A stretch of DNA of 64,000 nucleotides from Lepidodermella squamata. Its lineage: Eukaryota; Animalia; Gastrotricha. A program made the position numbers and the translations under genes. Position 1 is the stretch's first letter; the number at the start of each line of letters is the position of its first letter. Below the pieces are notes generated by a model. It had not been told where the DNA came from. It was given only the letters and a program-made list of their open reading frames with translations, and did no database searches. Positions 21,637-33,400 of the stretch are shown in pieces. The DNA lies in NCBI GenBank assembly GCA_047495785.1, contig JBLDXI010000007.1, forward strand, positions 1,364,001 to 1,428,000. Reading direction: 5' to 3'.

Positions 21637-24600
21637 TCAGTCATAAGCCAACGACGCTAGATACTTGTAAACCGCCTTATTATTTTCAGATTTCAAAGCC
21701 GACAAAATAGGCGTTTGATGACGATTATTCACAATTTTCGCGAGATCAGGCCGATGTTGGCACAGGAATTTGACGACCTTCAAATGACCCTTTTCCGCAG
21801 CCAGATGCAAAGCCGATCGATTTTGCGGCTTCAAATGCTCGACGTCACTCAGCAGGGTGGGATCAGCGCCGCCTCGAATCAACGCCTGAACGCATTGCAA
21901 ATGGCCTCCTTCGGCCGCCATCATCAAAGGCGTTTTACCAGCGCTGCTACGAGCGTCAACCACTGCGCCGACTCTAATGAGCGTGTTCACAATGACCGGG
22001 ATTCCGTTCGCAGCGGCGAAATGAAGCAGTGTATCGCCGTCGAAGAGTGTTCGAGCGAATTCAGGTTGAATGCTGATAAAATGCTGGACAACCGCTGCTC
22101 GGCGAGAATCGATTGCGGATAATATTGGCAGAAAGCCATCTTCACCGCGTAAATTAATATCCGCTCCACTTTCGATCAGGAACTTCACAGCTTCAAGATG
22201 GCCGTGTTCAGCAGCAGTGCCTAACGGGGTAACGCTGAACTCGTAGCGTTGCAAGTCGACGTTCACGTGCAAATCGTTGACGAGGTACCGTATGACGTCA
22301 ACAGCGCCACTTGCAGCGGCAAAATGTAAAGCAGTTCGGTCCATGTGGTCGTAGATTTCAATCAGAGCTGCATCGCATTCGTGCAGAAATTTCACCACCT
22401 GGGAATTGAAAATGTTGATGAACTTTGAAATTACGGTTGAATTATATTTAAAATTAAGGAAAATTGCGATATTTTCACTCTAGTAAAATTGCCATCACCT
22501 CTAAAATTGAGGTTCCGAAACTGAATTTTTCAACTTTTCGATATTTCGGCCTTTTCTTTCTCGATCGATAATGATGCCCATTTTGACCCCACTAGGACCC
22601 CAATTAATTTTAAGTTGGCAACCTGATACCTTCAAGTACATAGAATATTATTCAATATAGGCTAAACGAGCTGCTAGAATTGGCAAAATCACTGATTTGT
22701 AAAATCGATAATTGAAATCAAAATCGGCTCTGGAGGCTGCATTATGCTTCCGTATTGCAGGATCAAAGTCCACGTTGTCACGTGGTATGAATAGCTAGTT
22801 CTGAGGCGTTATTTTTTTCGTTGCTTCGTCGTTTCGTCGTTTCGTCACTTCGTCATCTTTTACAAAAAAACTGACGAAAGAAAAAAAAACGGGGAAAAAA
22901 GGAGGATTCGAACCCGGAACCTTAAGGATCAGAACCATGGATTTAAGCCACTATACAATAGGAGGCTTTCTATCTACAACCGGCAAAAAACGCTTTAGTG
23001 TAGCGTTCGTTTAGTATATAAAAATGCCGAACGAAGATGACTACCATGACCCAGCACTATTGCTCAGTGGTTTCGCCTTGTGCGTCATAACCCAATGGTC
23101 CCGGGTTCGAATTCTCCTTTTTCCCCGTTTTTTTTTCTTTCGTCAGTTTTTTTGTAAAAGATGACGAAGTGACGAAACGACGAAACGACGAAGCAACGAA
23201 AAAAATAACGCCTCAGAACTAGCTATTCATACCACGTGACAACGTGGACTTTGATCCTGCAATACGGAAGCATAATGTGAAGTATCGGGCGTAAACTGAT
23301 CGGCGACTACAATGTGTTCAGAAAATGCCATAAGGAGCGTAGTTCATTTATTTTGGCGCATCAGTTTAAAAAAAATATTATTCCTAATTTGGCGTTTTCC
23401 GGTCCAAAATCTCGCAAAATGTCCGGTTGCCGTTAAAATCTCGGAAAAAGACCCTAATTATTTTAATTTTAATACTTTTTAAGGCTGTACCATGCGAACT
23501 TTTTAGACCAGCAAAAATGAGATTCTAAGAAATTCTAAGAAATTCGGTATGATTTTGGAATTCGAGAAATAATTAAAACGCAATTGACTTACACTCAAGT
23601 GCTTTCCGCCGGCTGATAGATGAATCGGTAGGACGTCTTCTTGATCAACTTCGTACCGCGAGCTCATTTGTTGCATCTTCGATCGAACATTGGCGCCAAT
23701 TTCGTCGACAAGATACCGCACAACATCGATATGCCCAAATTCGCATGCCTGGTGCAACAGCGTCTTCATTTCATCATTCTCATCACCATGCTCGGCCAGG
23801 TATTTCCAACAATAGGGCGGTAGTTGCTCGATAATCGCCCTCATCGCTTGTAAATTTCCCGTTCTGGCCAATTCATGAAGTTCACAGGCGGCGTGGGGCT
23901 GAAGCTGCGAAATAATTCTTAAAAAATCATTTATTTATTTGCCGCGAAAATTTACCTCAGAAATGTCAGGTACAGGTCTAATTCTGATGTTACCAAATGT
24001 TGACTTGCGAAACTGTTTGAGAACCGGCTCAAAGGTCGGCTTAAATTCAATATGGCAGAACTTATTCGACCTTTTTCGAACGCCTTCAACTACCGCGAGA
24101 TGTTTATCAATAGCGCGAATTTCTTCGAAAGATTCCCCAATTTCGTGAATCGAAAGCTGGTTCGGAGCCAATTCGTTAACTTTCTCAATCATTTTAGCGA
24201 TTTTCGGCCGAGGATCCATCTTAAAATCCTCTTTCAATCCCGCCATGTAACTACCAATTTCTTGATGGCGCTTGTCGATTTGATTGAACAGCCGTTTTCT
24301 AGTATTCGTTATGACTTCAACAACTTGGCTTTGAAATTCGTCGAAGACTTTCGTGATTTGCTGTTTCGAAGCTGAAACTTCATCATCGAGTGCCGTAGTC
24401 ACAGCTTCGGCGTTTTCTTCAACCCAAGCTCGCGAATCTTCCCAATTATTCGAGACCTGTTTCCAAATTTAAATTAATTTTTTCTCAAGTATTAACATAT
24501 AGCAATAAATCGAAAATTGGACTTTATTGGACAGAGCAACTCTGGAAACATGGGGCTTTTCGGGTTAAAAATCGGAAAAAGGTTCTTGATTTTATTTTTC

Positions 24601-25428
24601 ATCCAACATCCAACCTAAATTTCAAGTGCGAATCTTGAAACTTTTGCAAGGTTGTAGCATATGCAAATGAGGTTCTAAAATTACCCGTTAATTGGCCAAA
24701 GCTAACAAAAACGCGATTTCAGGTAAAACTTGAAAAAAATTCTCAAAATGCACAGAATGATCAGGAAAAAGCTCGCCATCCTTGGATTAAAATTTCGAAA
24801 AATTTAAAGAAAAATTGCCTTTTAAAATGCGAAAAACCTGATTTCCCCAAATTTACCCCTCGTTACGGTAAATTAGCAGAAATAACTTACGTGAGATCCG
24901 ACCCAGTTCGTGTCGATTCGAACCATTTCAACGTGGCGTTTCGCACAAAATTCGCAAAATACGACATCGCAATGGGCACAAGTAACAGGTTCGGCTGAAA
25001 AACCGATGTGACAACACGGCTCATTCGGCGGATCGAACATCGGACCCGTCCGTCTCTCACTGTTGTGCCAATGCTCGGTCAGTTTGCGATGAGCAAAATT
25101 CGTTGAAAATCCTGAATATAGGAAAAAATTATAAAATTTCAAAAGGTTCAATGGGAACGAACCTTTCACTCCTTCGGGACCGAGTCGGTAGCGTTTCGAA
25201 CACTCGGGACATTTTATGCGGCCGTTGCGAACCCGAGTCTTCAAACAGCTTACGCAAAATTGATGGCCGCATTTAGGTAAAATTTTGTGTCCGATTCGAT
25301 CCGACCGTAAAGACGTCCACAACATACCGCATTTCGGACATTCGAGTATCTATCACAAAAAAATTAAAATAATTCAGGATTTACGATAATTTTTTCTGCA
25401 CCTTTCTGAGTTCACAGCGCTCGGTCAT
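21637..25428 (-). CDS. TRIM-like RING-Bbox-coiled coil-ankyrin repeat protein B
   Basis: MTERCELRK (ATG 25428); RING ECPKC..CGHQFCVSC..CPEC; B-box-like CCH..CAHC..FCEFC..H; coiled-coil exon ~23957-24456; ankyrin exons ~23593-23905 and 21637-22398. Confidence 0.85.
22740..23277. mobile_element. MITE-like inverted-repeat element with two outward-facing tRNA-like units, in an intron of TRIM-ANK B
   Basis: ~180 bp TIRs (CATTATGCTTCCGTATTGC...GCAATACGGAAGCATAATG). The inner ends contain GGTTCGAAT B boxes. Confidence 0.85.
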
Positions 25429-25727
25429 CGTTAATTTTCAAATTGCGTTTTAATTAGAAATTTTGGAGGTATTTTTGGGAAATGGAGAGAGTCATGAACA
25501 ATCGCGCAACAATTGTCAAATTAATGACGTAACATAATTTAAAGTGCGTAACAGCAAAAAATGAGTTATTTTTGGACGATTTCAGAAAACCGCTATTGAA
25601 AAACTAGAATTCCCCCACTTCGAGTCGAAAAACAGGGAGATTCGCTAACTTGGATCAAATTTCCGATTTCAGGACTGAACCACTGTTTCTTTATAGTTTT
25701 TAATATCGAAAATGGCATCATATCAAA

Positions 25728-28700
25728 ATGAGCATCTGCGTTGATTTCCGCCAGGTTCGAACTGATTTTCCACATTGCATTGAACCTGATTTTTGTAACT
25801 TCAATAGCTAATCGAATGCCCTCTTTGCTATTCAAGTATAGTGCCTAGCGGCTCTCCGCGGAAGCAAAAATTCTTACCAGAATGCGGCCATCAATTTTGC
25901 GTCTCTTGTCTGCGAAGAAAAATCATCAACAATGAGCTAGAATGTCCTATCTGCTCGATGAAATACCCACTGGGGCCTGATCGTCTGAAAGGTTCGCTAA
26001 AAATTACGACAATGAAATTCATAATATTTCGTTTTAATTTCAGCTTTTACGACTAATTTCGCGGTTCTCGGCGTAGCGGCTTATCTTTCGAAGCAGAAAG
26101 AGCCGTTTGATGATTTTTCGGAAATTAATGACGACTGCGGCCACCTGGCAATCACCAACACGAAGACGCTTTGTTGCCATTGCAATAAATTATTCTGCCA
26201 ATTTTGCGTTATCAACCATGCCGAGCGAGTTCGCATCGAAGCAAACTGGATAAACTGCTATGTAAGCTTTAATTTTTCCAATCATATTTTCAGTATTGCA
26301 ATTTTTACCGGGTTCAAGGGCTATCTGCCTTGATTTCTACCTGGATGTTGTGAAGAGCCCGAGTTTGATTATTTATTTTTTAACCCAAGTTTTTAACATG
26401 TGTGGCTGATAGGTCGTTTTCTACTTTTCATGCCCTTATTATTTAAAACCTACCTTAAATACTAAGGGCATAAAAAGTGTTAAAGACGACTCTACCGAAC
26501 CGAATACTTGATCTTATTGCCGTCACCCGTCACGGTGCTTTAGATGTTTTAATGCCTGATGATGTCCTCTGTGAGGTCGAAACGTCGCATCTACATCAAT
26601 GTTACACCACGATTCTTTCAATTAACAAACTACTTGAATGAAAAAAATAATAAAACATGGAATACATATTTTTCAGAAATTTGTTGACGAAGCCTCAAAT
26701 GTTCTCGAACCCTATAGAGGACCTCGCCCTAATTTCGGCCACTTCCTAAATTCGGCCGCTGCGTCCTAACTTCGGCCACCGGCCGAAATTTGGACACGAA
26801 GTGCTGTGCAGCAGTTTTATTTGCACACAATTCAAGAAATTTGCATTGTTGAGCCCATCTGTTTCATGATTTTTCAAGCACGTGATCGCAAAAAAGTAAT
26901 TCTAAATGCGAGCGAGCGGGCTTATGTCGCTTCTCGAGTGCTCTGTTACCGCTACTTTGCAGGTATAATTTACCTGAAACTGGCTCTTTAAAATTTGCTG
27001 ATTTCACCTCAATAATTACCAGCTAAACGCCAGCTTCATTTTGGTATAAAATATTCACTCTCATAAAAGTCCCTTTATAGCCCTATACAAAAAGAATAAA
27101 GACGCGGGAAGAACTTTGTCACTTTCTTTTGGGATAAAGGGACAAAATAACCGCGAGCAGTGATAAAAGCTGCTAAAATGTCCCTTTGTCATCGTGTAAT
27201 TGTCCCTTACTTGGAACGTGATAAAGTTCTTCCCGCGTACCCATTATCCCCTACGCAATGGAGGAGAACAAAGACAACTATAATGTTAAATGTATCTTTG
27301 TGTCATCGTTATATTGATTGATAAAACGCTAAGGTCCCGTTATTTCGATGATTGTGAGTGACGTTTATAGTTCATCCGTCGGTTCATTCATTATTTTTAT
27401 TCATTATGTTGAATTATCGATCTTCTGAATTCAGAAGTACTTCTCAACTTCAACGCTCAGGTTCTAATACAATCCATTACGAAGGGTGCAAGATAGGTGT
27501 CAAAGAAGAGGTAGGAGTTAAGGTAGATAAAGGTGGTAATGGATAGCAGATGGAGTCCAAGGTTCAAGTTGAAGATCGATGACGCGAGTTGGAATTTCAC
27601 TAAACATTATTCTTTGACCCCACTCTTGAGTAATCAGCGTGTATTCCGACCAACTTACTTGCATATGCACAAAATTTATCAGCCTTTATGACAAAGTGAC
27701 ATTTTCAGTTTTACCTAAAAAATATGTCAGTTTTTGAGCATTGAAAACGTCCCTTTATCAATTGGCAAATTTTTTCTCTGATTCGGGTTTTGTTTTGCAT
27801 TTAAACTGTCCCTTTAGTCTACTAAGGGACAGTTAAGACCGATAAAGGGACAAGTGGCACGGTTTCAAAATGTACACGTTCATTTACCCATTAAAGGACA
27901 TTTATGAAAATATAAAGTGACATTTGCGTTCAGAAAGGGACCGAAAAGTGGGTTGCGGGACTTTTTTGAGAGTGTTCTATCTAAAACCGCCCAGGTGAAG
28001 AGATCGAGAGGGCCAATTTTAGGGTTTTCGAGGGTTCGATTCCAAAAATTAGCAGTCAATAGTGGAGTCGAATTCGGGAAAACAAAATCGATACTCTCAT
28101 TCTACAGAAGCAAAGGAATTTTTCAGATATTTTTCCAGAATTTTAGAAAGTCAAACGCAGTTAGGCTATTGGGTAGAAAACAAGTTATCAAACTTGTACC
28201 TGCTGTCAAAACAAGTTTGAGTTTCAGGCATCACGTCGTCAAGGAAAAGTTCACAGGTGGAGCAACAAAAGGCGGTTTTTATAGTCAGCTTTTTGAGACA
28301 AATCTAACGATACCAAACTTATGGTATTGGTGTACCTGGATGAGGTGGCCGAAATTAGGGCACCCCGCTTTCTAATTCCGGCCGGGTGTCTGGGTGACTA
28401 AAAAATTAGCCATAAATCAAGGTAAAATCGCCCGGACTTGCGAAAAGCGGCATTCGATACCCTAAGAACTCCTCTTTAATTCTGCTTTTGCCGAATATTT
28501 TCTAAAAATTCACCTGGCTGGCAAAGTAGGAAAAACCTGAAAAGCGGCCGAAATTAGGGCGGGGTGCTCTAATTTTGTAAGGTGTATGCGCACCTTTCAT
28601 TTTTTTCCTGGCTTATACTGAGGCGATCCTCTGAGTTGTCTTTTTCGAAATTACTCATTATTTTTTCCCCATTAGATGGAGAGTTTCAACGAGTTGGAAG

Positions 28701-30309
28701 ACGTTAAATCGTGGTATGAAACAAGCGGCAGCAGAATACGGCAACAAATCAACCAAAATTACGCGAAAACTCAAAAGTTGATCGCGGCATCTTGTAGCCA
28801 AAATGAGAAAACTCAGAACGAATCAAAGCGGCACTTATTTAACCAAGTGGAACAATCAAGTAGGGCGTGGCAATTAAAAATACTCGGAGAAGTCGAGAGG
28901 CTGATTAGCACGGATTTCGTACTGTCACTCAAGCGCAAATTGGAACAGCTCAACGCGCTTTCGTTCACTCAAATCAACCCCGAAAAGGCTTTTCAACTTT
29001 TCCAAGAATTCAACCGCATCGACGTGATTTTATGGAACATCGATAAAATGCGTTGTTTAAAGGAATCTCCGGCCATTCGATCATTGTCAGCCAAAACTGC
29101 GTCCATTGATATGCACAATCTTGCTCTATTGAAGCAGAAAAGCAAAATCAAATCAAATAAGGCAAATGAATCAATATAAAAAATATCGAAAAAAACTAGT
29201 GACATTTTTAATTATAGGTTCGATCATCAGTGCGTGAATACCTCCACGATTGCGCGAATTGCGGTGATTTACCTTCAATAAAACGGCTGATCGATGCGCT
29301 ACCACAATTTTGCGTCAAATACGTCGTCGAACACGAGGACGAAAGAGACCGCCACATGACGATTCTGCACCAAGCTTGCCAAGACGGCAATATCGATCTC
29401 GTCCGATATCTTGTCGAAGACTTGGGTGCTGATACCCTGGTTAAAATCTGCGGGGACGCACGTTTTGATAAAGAATCCCTTGATTCAACCCCATTCCATC
29501 TCGCAGTTGATTGCGGCCGCTTGAGTGTCGTAAAATTTCTCTGCAGCATCAACCCGGCGTTTGCTGAGATGCTGGAATGGTACGATCGAAAGCCGATTCA
29601 CATAGCGGCTGAAAACGGAAATCTGGCCATGGTACAGTTTTTAGTCGACGAGATGAAAGTTGACATCAATGCGCTGAATCAGGGTGATCAAAACGCGTTA
29701 AGTTGCGCCTGCTGTCGGGGCAACCTTGAAGTAGTAAAATTTTTGGTCGATCGAGGCGCCGATCGAGTGGTGGCCGAAGGCTCCCCGCCCGTGTTTTTCG
29801 CAGCGAAAAATGGCTATCTTGAAATTGTTCAATATCTCGTCGGTTTAGATCCAGGCTGTGTGAAAGCTACGGGCGACCTTTACGGCGAGACAATGCTGAT
29901 GGTAGTGGCTAGGCACGATGAAGCTTATTCGGATGAAAGCGATGACGCTGCTGTGATTGAATTTTTGATCCGGGCTGGTTCTGAGGTTGATGCCAGGTGT
30001 AGCCACGGCTGTACTGCGTTGATGAAAGCGGCCAAAAGCGGCCGTTTGCCGAGTGTCGAAGCGCTGATGAAAGGTGGGGCTGATCCGTATCTTCTTTGTA
30101 CTAAAAGTGACGGCTTTGAAAAAACGAAATCTGCGCTACATTTCGCTGCTGAAAATGGCCGGCTTGAAGTTGTCAAATATATGTGCGGGTTGAAGCCGGA
30201 TCTGGCTGTTGTAGTCGATAATGACAGGCAGACGCCTCGTGATTATGCGTTACAAAAGCAAAAGAAGAATGTTTTTGATTTTCTATTAACCTTCATGGAT
30301 GATCTTTAG
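25728..30309 (+). CDS. TRIM-like RING-Bbox-coiled coil-ankyrin repeat protein C
   Basis: MSICVDFRQ (ATG 25728); RING ECPLC..CGHQFCVSC..CPIC (~25808-25991); B-box-like exon 26044-26261; coiled coil 28676-29161; ankyrin exon 29218-30309. Confidence 0.82.
26543..26597 (+). ncRNA. Minimal type I hammerhead ribozyme, probably within a Penelope-like element end (~26305-26640)
   Basis: ATGC-CTGATGA-T-GTCCTC-TGT-GAGGTC-GAAAC-GTC-GCAT: intact core, stem I ATGC/GCAT extended by GATGT/ACATC, palindromic ACGT stem III. Confidence 0.75.
26717..28569. mobile_element. TA-flanked non-autonomous DNA transposon in an intron of TRIM-ANK C
   Basis: Imperfect TIRs GAGGACCTCGCCCTAATTTCGGCC / GGCCGAAATTAGGGCGGGGTGCTC, TA on both sides, subterminal ttcggcc repeats. 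A possible nested element with aagggaca motifs lies at ~27060-27900. Confidence 0.7.
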
Positions 30310-30750
30310 AGTTGAACATACGTAGTTTTCTGTAATGATAACATGGGGAAATGTAAAATCGTAACACCGAAGTTTCAAACCAATGTTTCTGAGCTAATTT
30401 TACAATAAACGTTCAAAAATTTCAAAAGCATCAATACAGTACTTGAAGACTTATTTTCGGAAAATTGCCTTACGAATGCCTTCACCTGTCGGCTTAATTG
30501 CTTCAACCCTTGCTTCAGCTTTTATTGATAAAATCAGAAAATTTTTAAAAATTTAAAAATTCTAAAGCCAACTTAAGAACTGTTATATGTAGACCAGGAA
30601 TTTCCTAACGAGAGCAGCGATTAGCTCCTCGTGGGCTGCTTATTCTTGGAGCGACGAATTCTCAAACTGGGCAGGTAACCCGAGTTCCGAGCGATCATCT
30701 TCTTTACTGGTCGGCAGCACAGAAATAAAGGGTTCATTTGAAAAGTCATA

Positions 30751-32330
30751 CAGTTTTTATGATTGAAGCCCGTGAGACTTTCAAAATTGACCCGAATTTG
30801 GAAGGAATTAAAAACTTGGGTAAGCTTTCCGGCACGTTTTGGCTAGAAACTTGCCGGTCATGCATTACTGCGGTGATTAGTGTCTTGCCACCTTTTTTAT
30901 ACACCTTTTTTCATTTTCTTACCTTTTTCGACCGACTTCCCAAGCCTTCACAAACCGGGCTTGAGTGTAACGCCCACAACAGCAAGACCAAGGAGGAAAT
31001 TGAAGCCTTCTCGAGCAAGTTCCCATCCACCCACGCTATTCCCAGTCGGGAGTGTCCAGGCCTATTCTGGGTTTTTAGACCTTGAAGAGGCCCAAAAGAG
31101 GCCTAGGATTATAGCGCAATTTTTGTGCCCTGTTGAAAAATCTTGGTCTAAATGTGGTGTACTTTGGTCCAGACCCTTGAAAAAATCACTCGTCCCAACT
31201 GGCCCTAATTACGGCACCCCTATTTCGGCTTAATCAAGGCCATAATAGAAAGAGTGACTTTGGTCCAACATGCTCCACTTGACAGCAGAGCCTGGCGCGA
31301 CTTGGTCCGAACTCGCCCTAACGCGGGCTAATAATTAGGGTGGATTTGGTGTGCAATGCGGTTCATTCTCATCCACTGCTCCTGCTTGATTTCAACGAAT
31401 TGATGCGATATGAGACGCAAAAGCACATAGTTTAATTATTTCCTTTACTTTATTTTCAAAAGCCTCGAGTTAGATTCGGGAAAATTGTGGCTCCGAGTTA
31501 TCTATTTTGAGAAGTGTTATACCCAACGGCGATTCGAATATCATCCCAAATCGAAGGCAGATCTCGAATCACCGGTGATTATCACTCTTCTCAAAATAGA
31601 TGACTTGGACATCACAAATCACTATTTTCACGTAAATTCATGAAAATAACATAGAAATAATCACAGAAATAAGAATCAAAGCATTGCGACGTATTAAAGA
31701 TTATTTAAGATTTTCATCAGCCATTCCAGAGATTCTCGCACGGGCATAGCTCGCCGCCTCGGCGCTTCAGTCACCAATCGACGTCATTCCAGCATAGTTT
31801 GCTGGAAGTTTGCTGGAATGCTGGAATGCTGGAATGACGTCGATTGGTGACTGAAGCGCCGAGGCGGCGAGCTATGCCCGTGCGAGAATCTCTGGAATGG
31901 CTGATGAAAATCTTAAATAATCTTTAATACGTCGCAATGCTTTGATTCTTATTTCTGTGATTATTTCTATGTTATTTTCATGAATTTACGTGAAAATAGT
32001 GATTTGTGATGTCCAAGTCATCTATTTTGAGAAGAGTGATAATCACCGGTGATTCGAGATCTGCCTTCGATTTGGGATGATATTCGAATCGCCGTTGGGT
32101 ATAACACTTCTCAAAATAGATAACTTGGAGCCACAATTTTCCCGGTCGGTCGAAAAAGGTAAGAAAATGAAAAAAGGTGTATAAAAAAGGTGGCAAGACA
32201 CTAATCACCGCAGTAATGCATGACCGGCAAGTTTCTAGCCAAAACGTGCCGGAAAGCTTACCCAAGTTTTTAATTCCTTCCAAATTCGGGTCAATTTTGA
32301 AAGTCTCACGGGCTTCAATCATAAAAACTG
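30751..32330. mobile_element. Foldback/Tc1-mariner-type palindromic element
   Basis: TA-CAGTTTTTA...TAAAAACTG-TA termini. Arms 30751-30936 / 32145-32330 and 31477-31795 / 31826-32144 are near-perfect inverted repeats around a 30 bp spacer. Confidence 0.88.
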
Positions 32331-32436
32331 TACGGATCAGCTCCGCCTTTCATCAGCGCTTCGACACTCGGCAAACGGCCGCTTTTCGCCGCTTTCATCA
32401 GAGCAGTACAGCCGTTGGTACACCTGGCATCAACCT
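32331..32436 (-). pseudogene. Inverted ankyrin-gene fragment
   Basis: Encodes VDARCTNGCTALMKAAKSGRLPSVEALMKGGADPY and is nearly identical to 29984-30089. Confidence 0.85.
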
Positions 32437-32539
32437 TTTGAAGCTGGAAAAAAATGGAACCGGGCGGTTTCGGTTCCGAAAAACCGGGTTCAACCCGGTT
32501 AGAACCGGCGGTTATTTGGAACCGGAACATCTCTAGTCG

Positions 32540-33270
32540 TATTCGTCCTGCTGGCCGGCATCATTGCTATCAACTTTTACGCGTACAAAACTGTTAAAAA
32601 CTAGGGAGTGCAATGTTGACCTTTATTGTTAATAGCTATTACAGAATAGCGGAACAGGTCAGACCTTTTAGCGGAGACTAAATTGACTTTGGCGGAATCA
32701 AACGTCATTATTAGTAATTCTGTTAAATCGTGATACAATAATGCTGATCATCAGAGATTTATGACATGCATATACGCATGTATGATTTTTTCGACGCAGG
32801 GCAGTCGGCAAATTGGCTTTCGGTTGTTTCTGTGCTGTTCTCTGCACTGTCGTCTGATTCTTCAAATTCAGAATACCCCGATTCGCCGGACGATTCTGCA
32901 TACGAAGAATCGGAAGAAGACTCCGGCTGCTCATCAAGCTGCTCAATAACTTAACGCTTTTTCGGAGGCATGTTGAAATTAAACTAAATTATTCAAGTTG
33001 TGCTTCAATAATGATAAAATACTTGAAATGTGTCAACTGCGAGCGGGCGCCCGGCTCGAGTTCGCTATAAAATAAGTAAATAACACGCCTTATGCTGCCA
33101 TGGCGCCACCTTAAAATGTTCGTTATGGCGTAAAGTTCGCTATAAAAAGTTCGTTATAAACGAGGTTGGTAACATGGAAAAGTGCGTAGTTTGGCTCGTG
33201 CCACTCATTTTTGTTCGTTATAGGCGAAGTTCGCTATAAGACCGGTTCGTTATAACAAAGGTGCACTGTA
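32540..33270 (-). mobile_element. Tc1/pogo-like DNA transposon end remnant
   Basis: On the minus strand the terminus reads TA-CAGTGCACCTTTGTTATAACG with repeated ttcg(c/t)tata subterminal motifs. The partner end was not found. Confidence 0.5.
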
Positions 33271-33400
33271 TACATACAGCTTGTACATCGCCAGTCCTAA
33301 AAACACGTTTTCTTACTGTGCACTGTGCAAATTAAAGTCAGATGTTTATGGTCAGATAAATCATTGACAGATTCCAGCCCTAATTGATTGTGCAAGCTCG

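Noticed and set aside
22901-23116. Functional tRNA genes (e.g. Met-CAT)
   Set aside because: No acceptor stem and poor anticodon stems. Treated as tRNA-like parts of a repeat.
30738-32536. ORFs MIEARETFKIDP... on both strands
   Set aside because: They are mirror frames of the foldback arms and show no transposase motifs.
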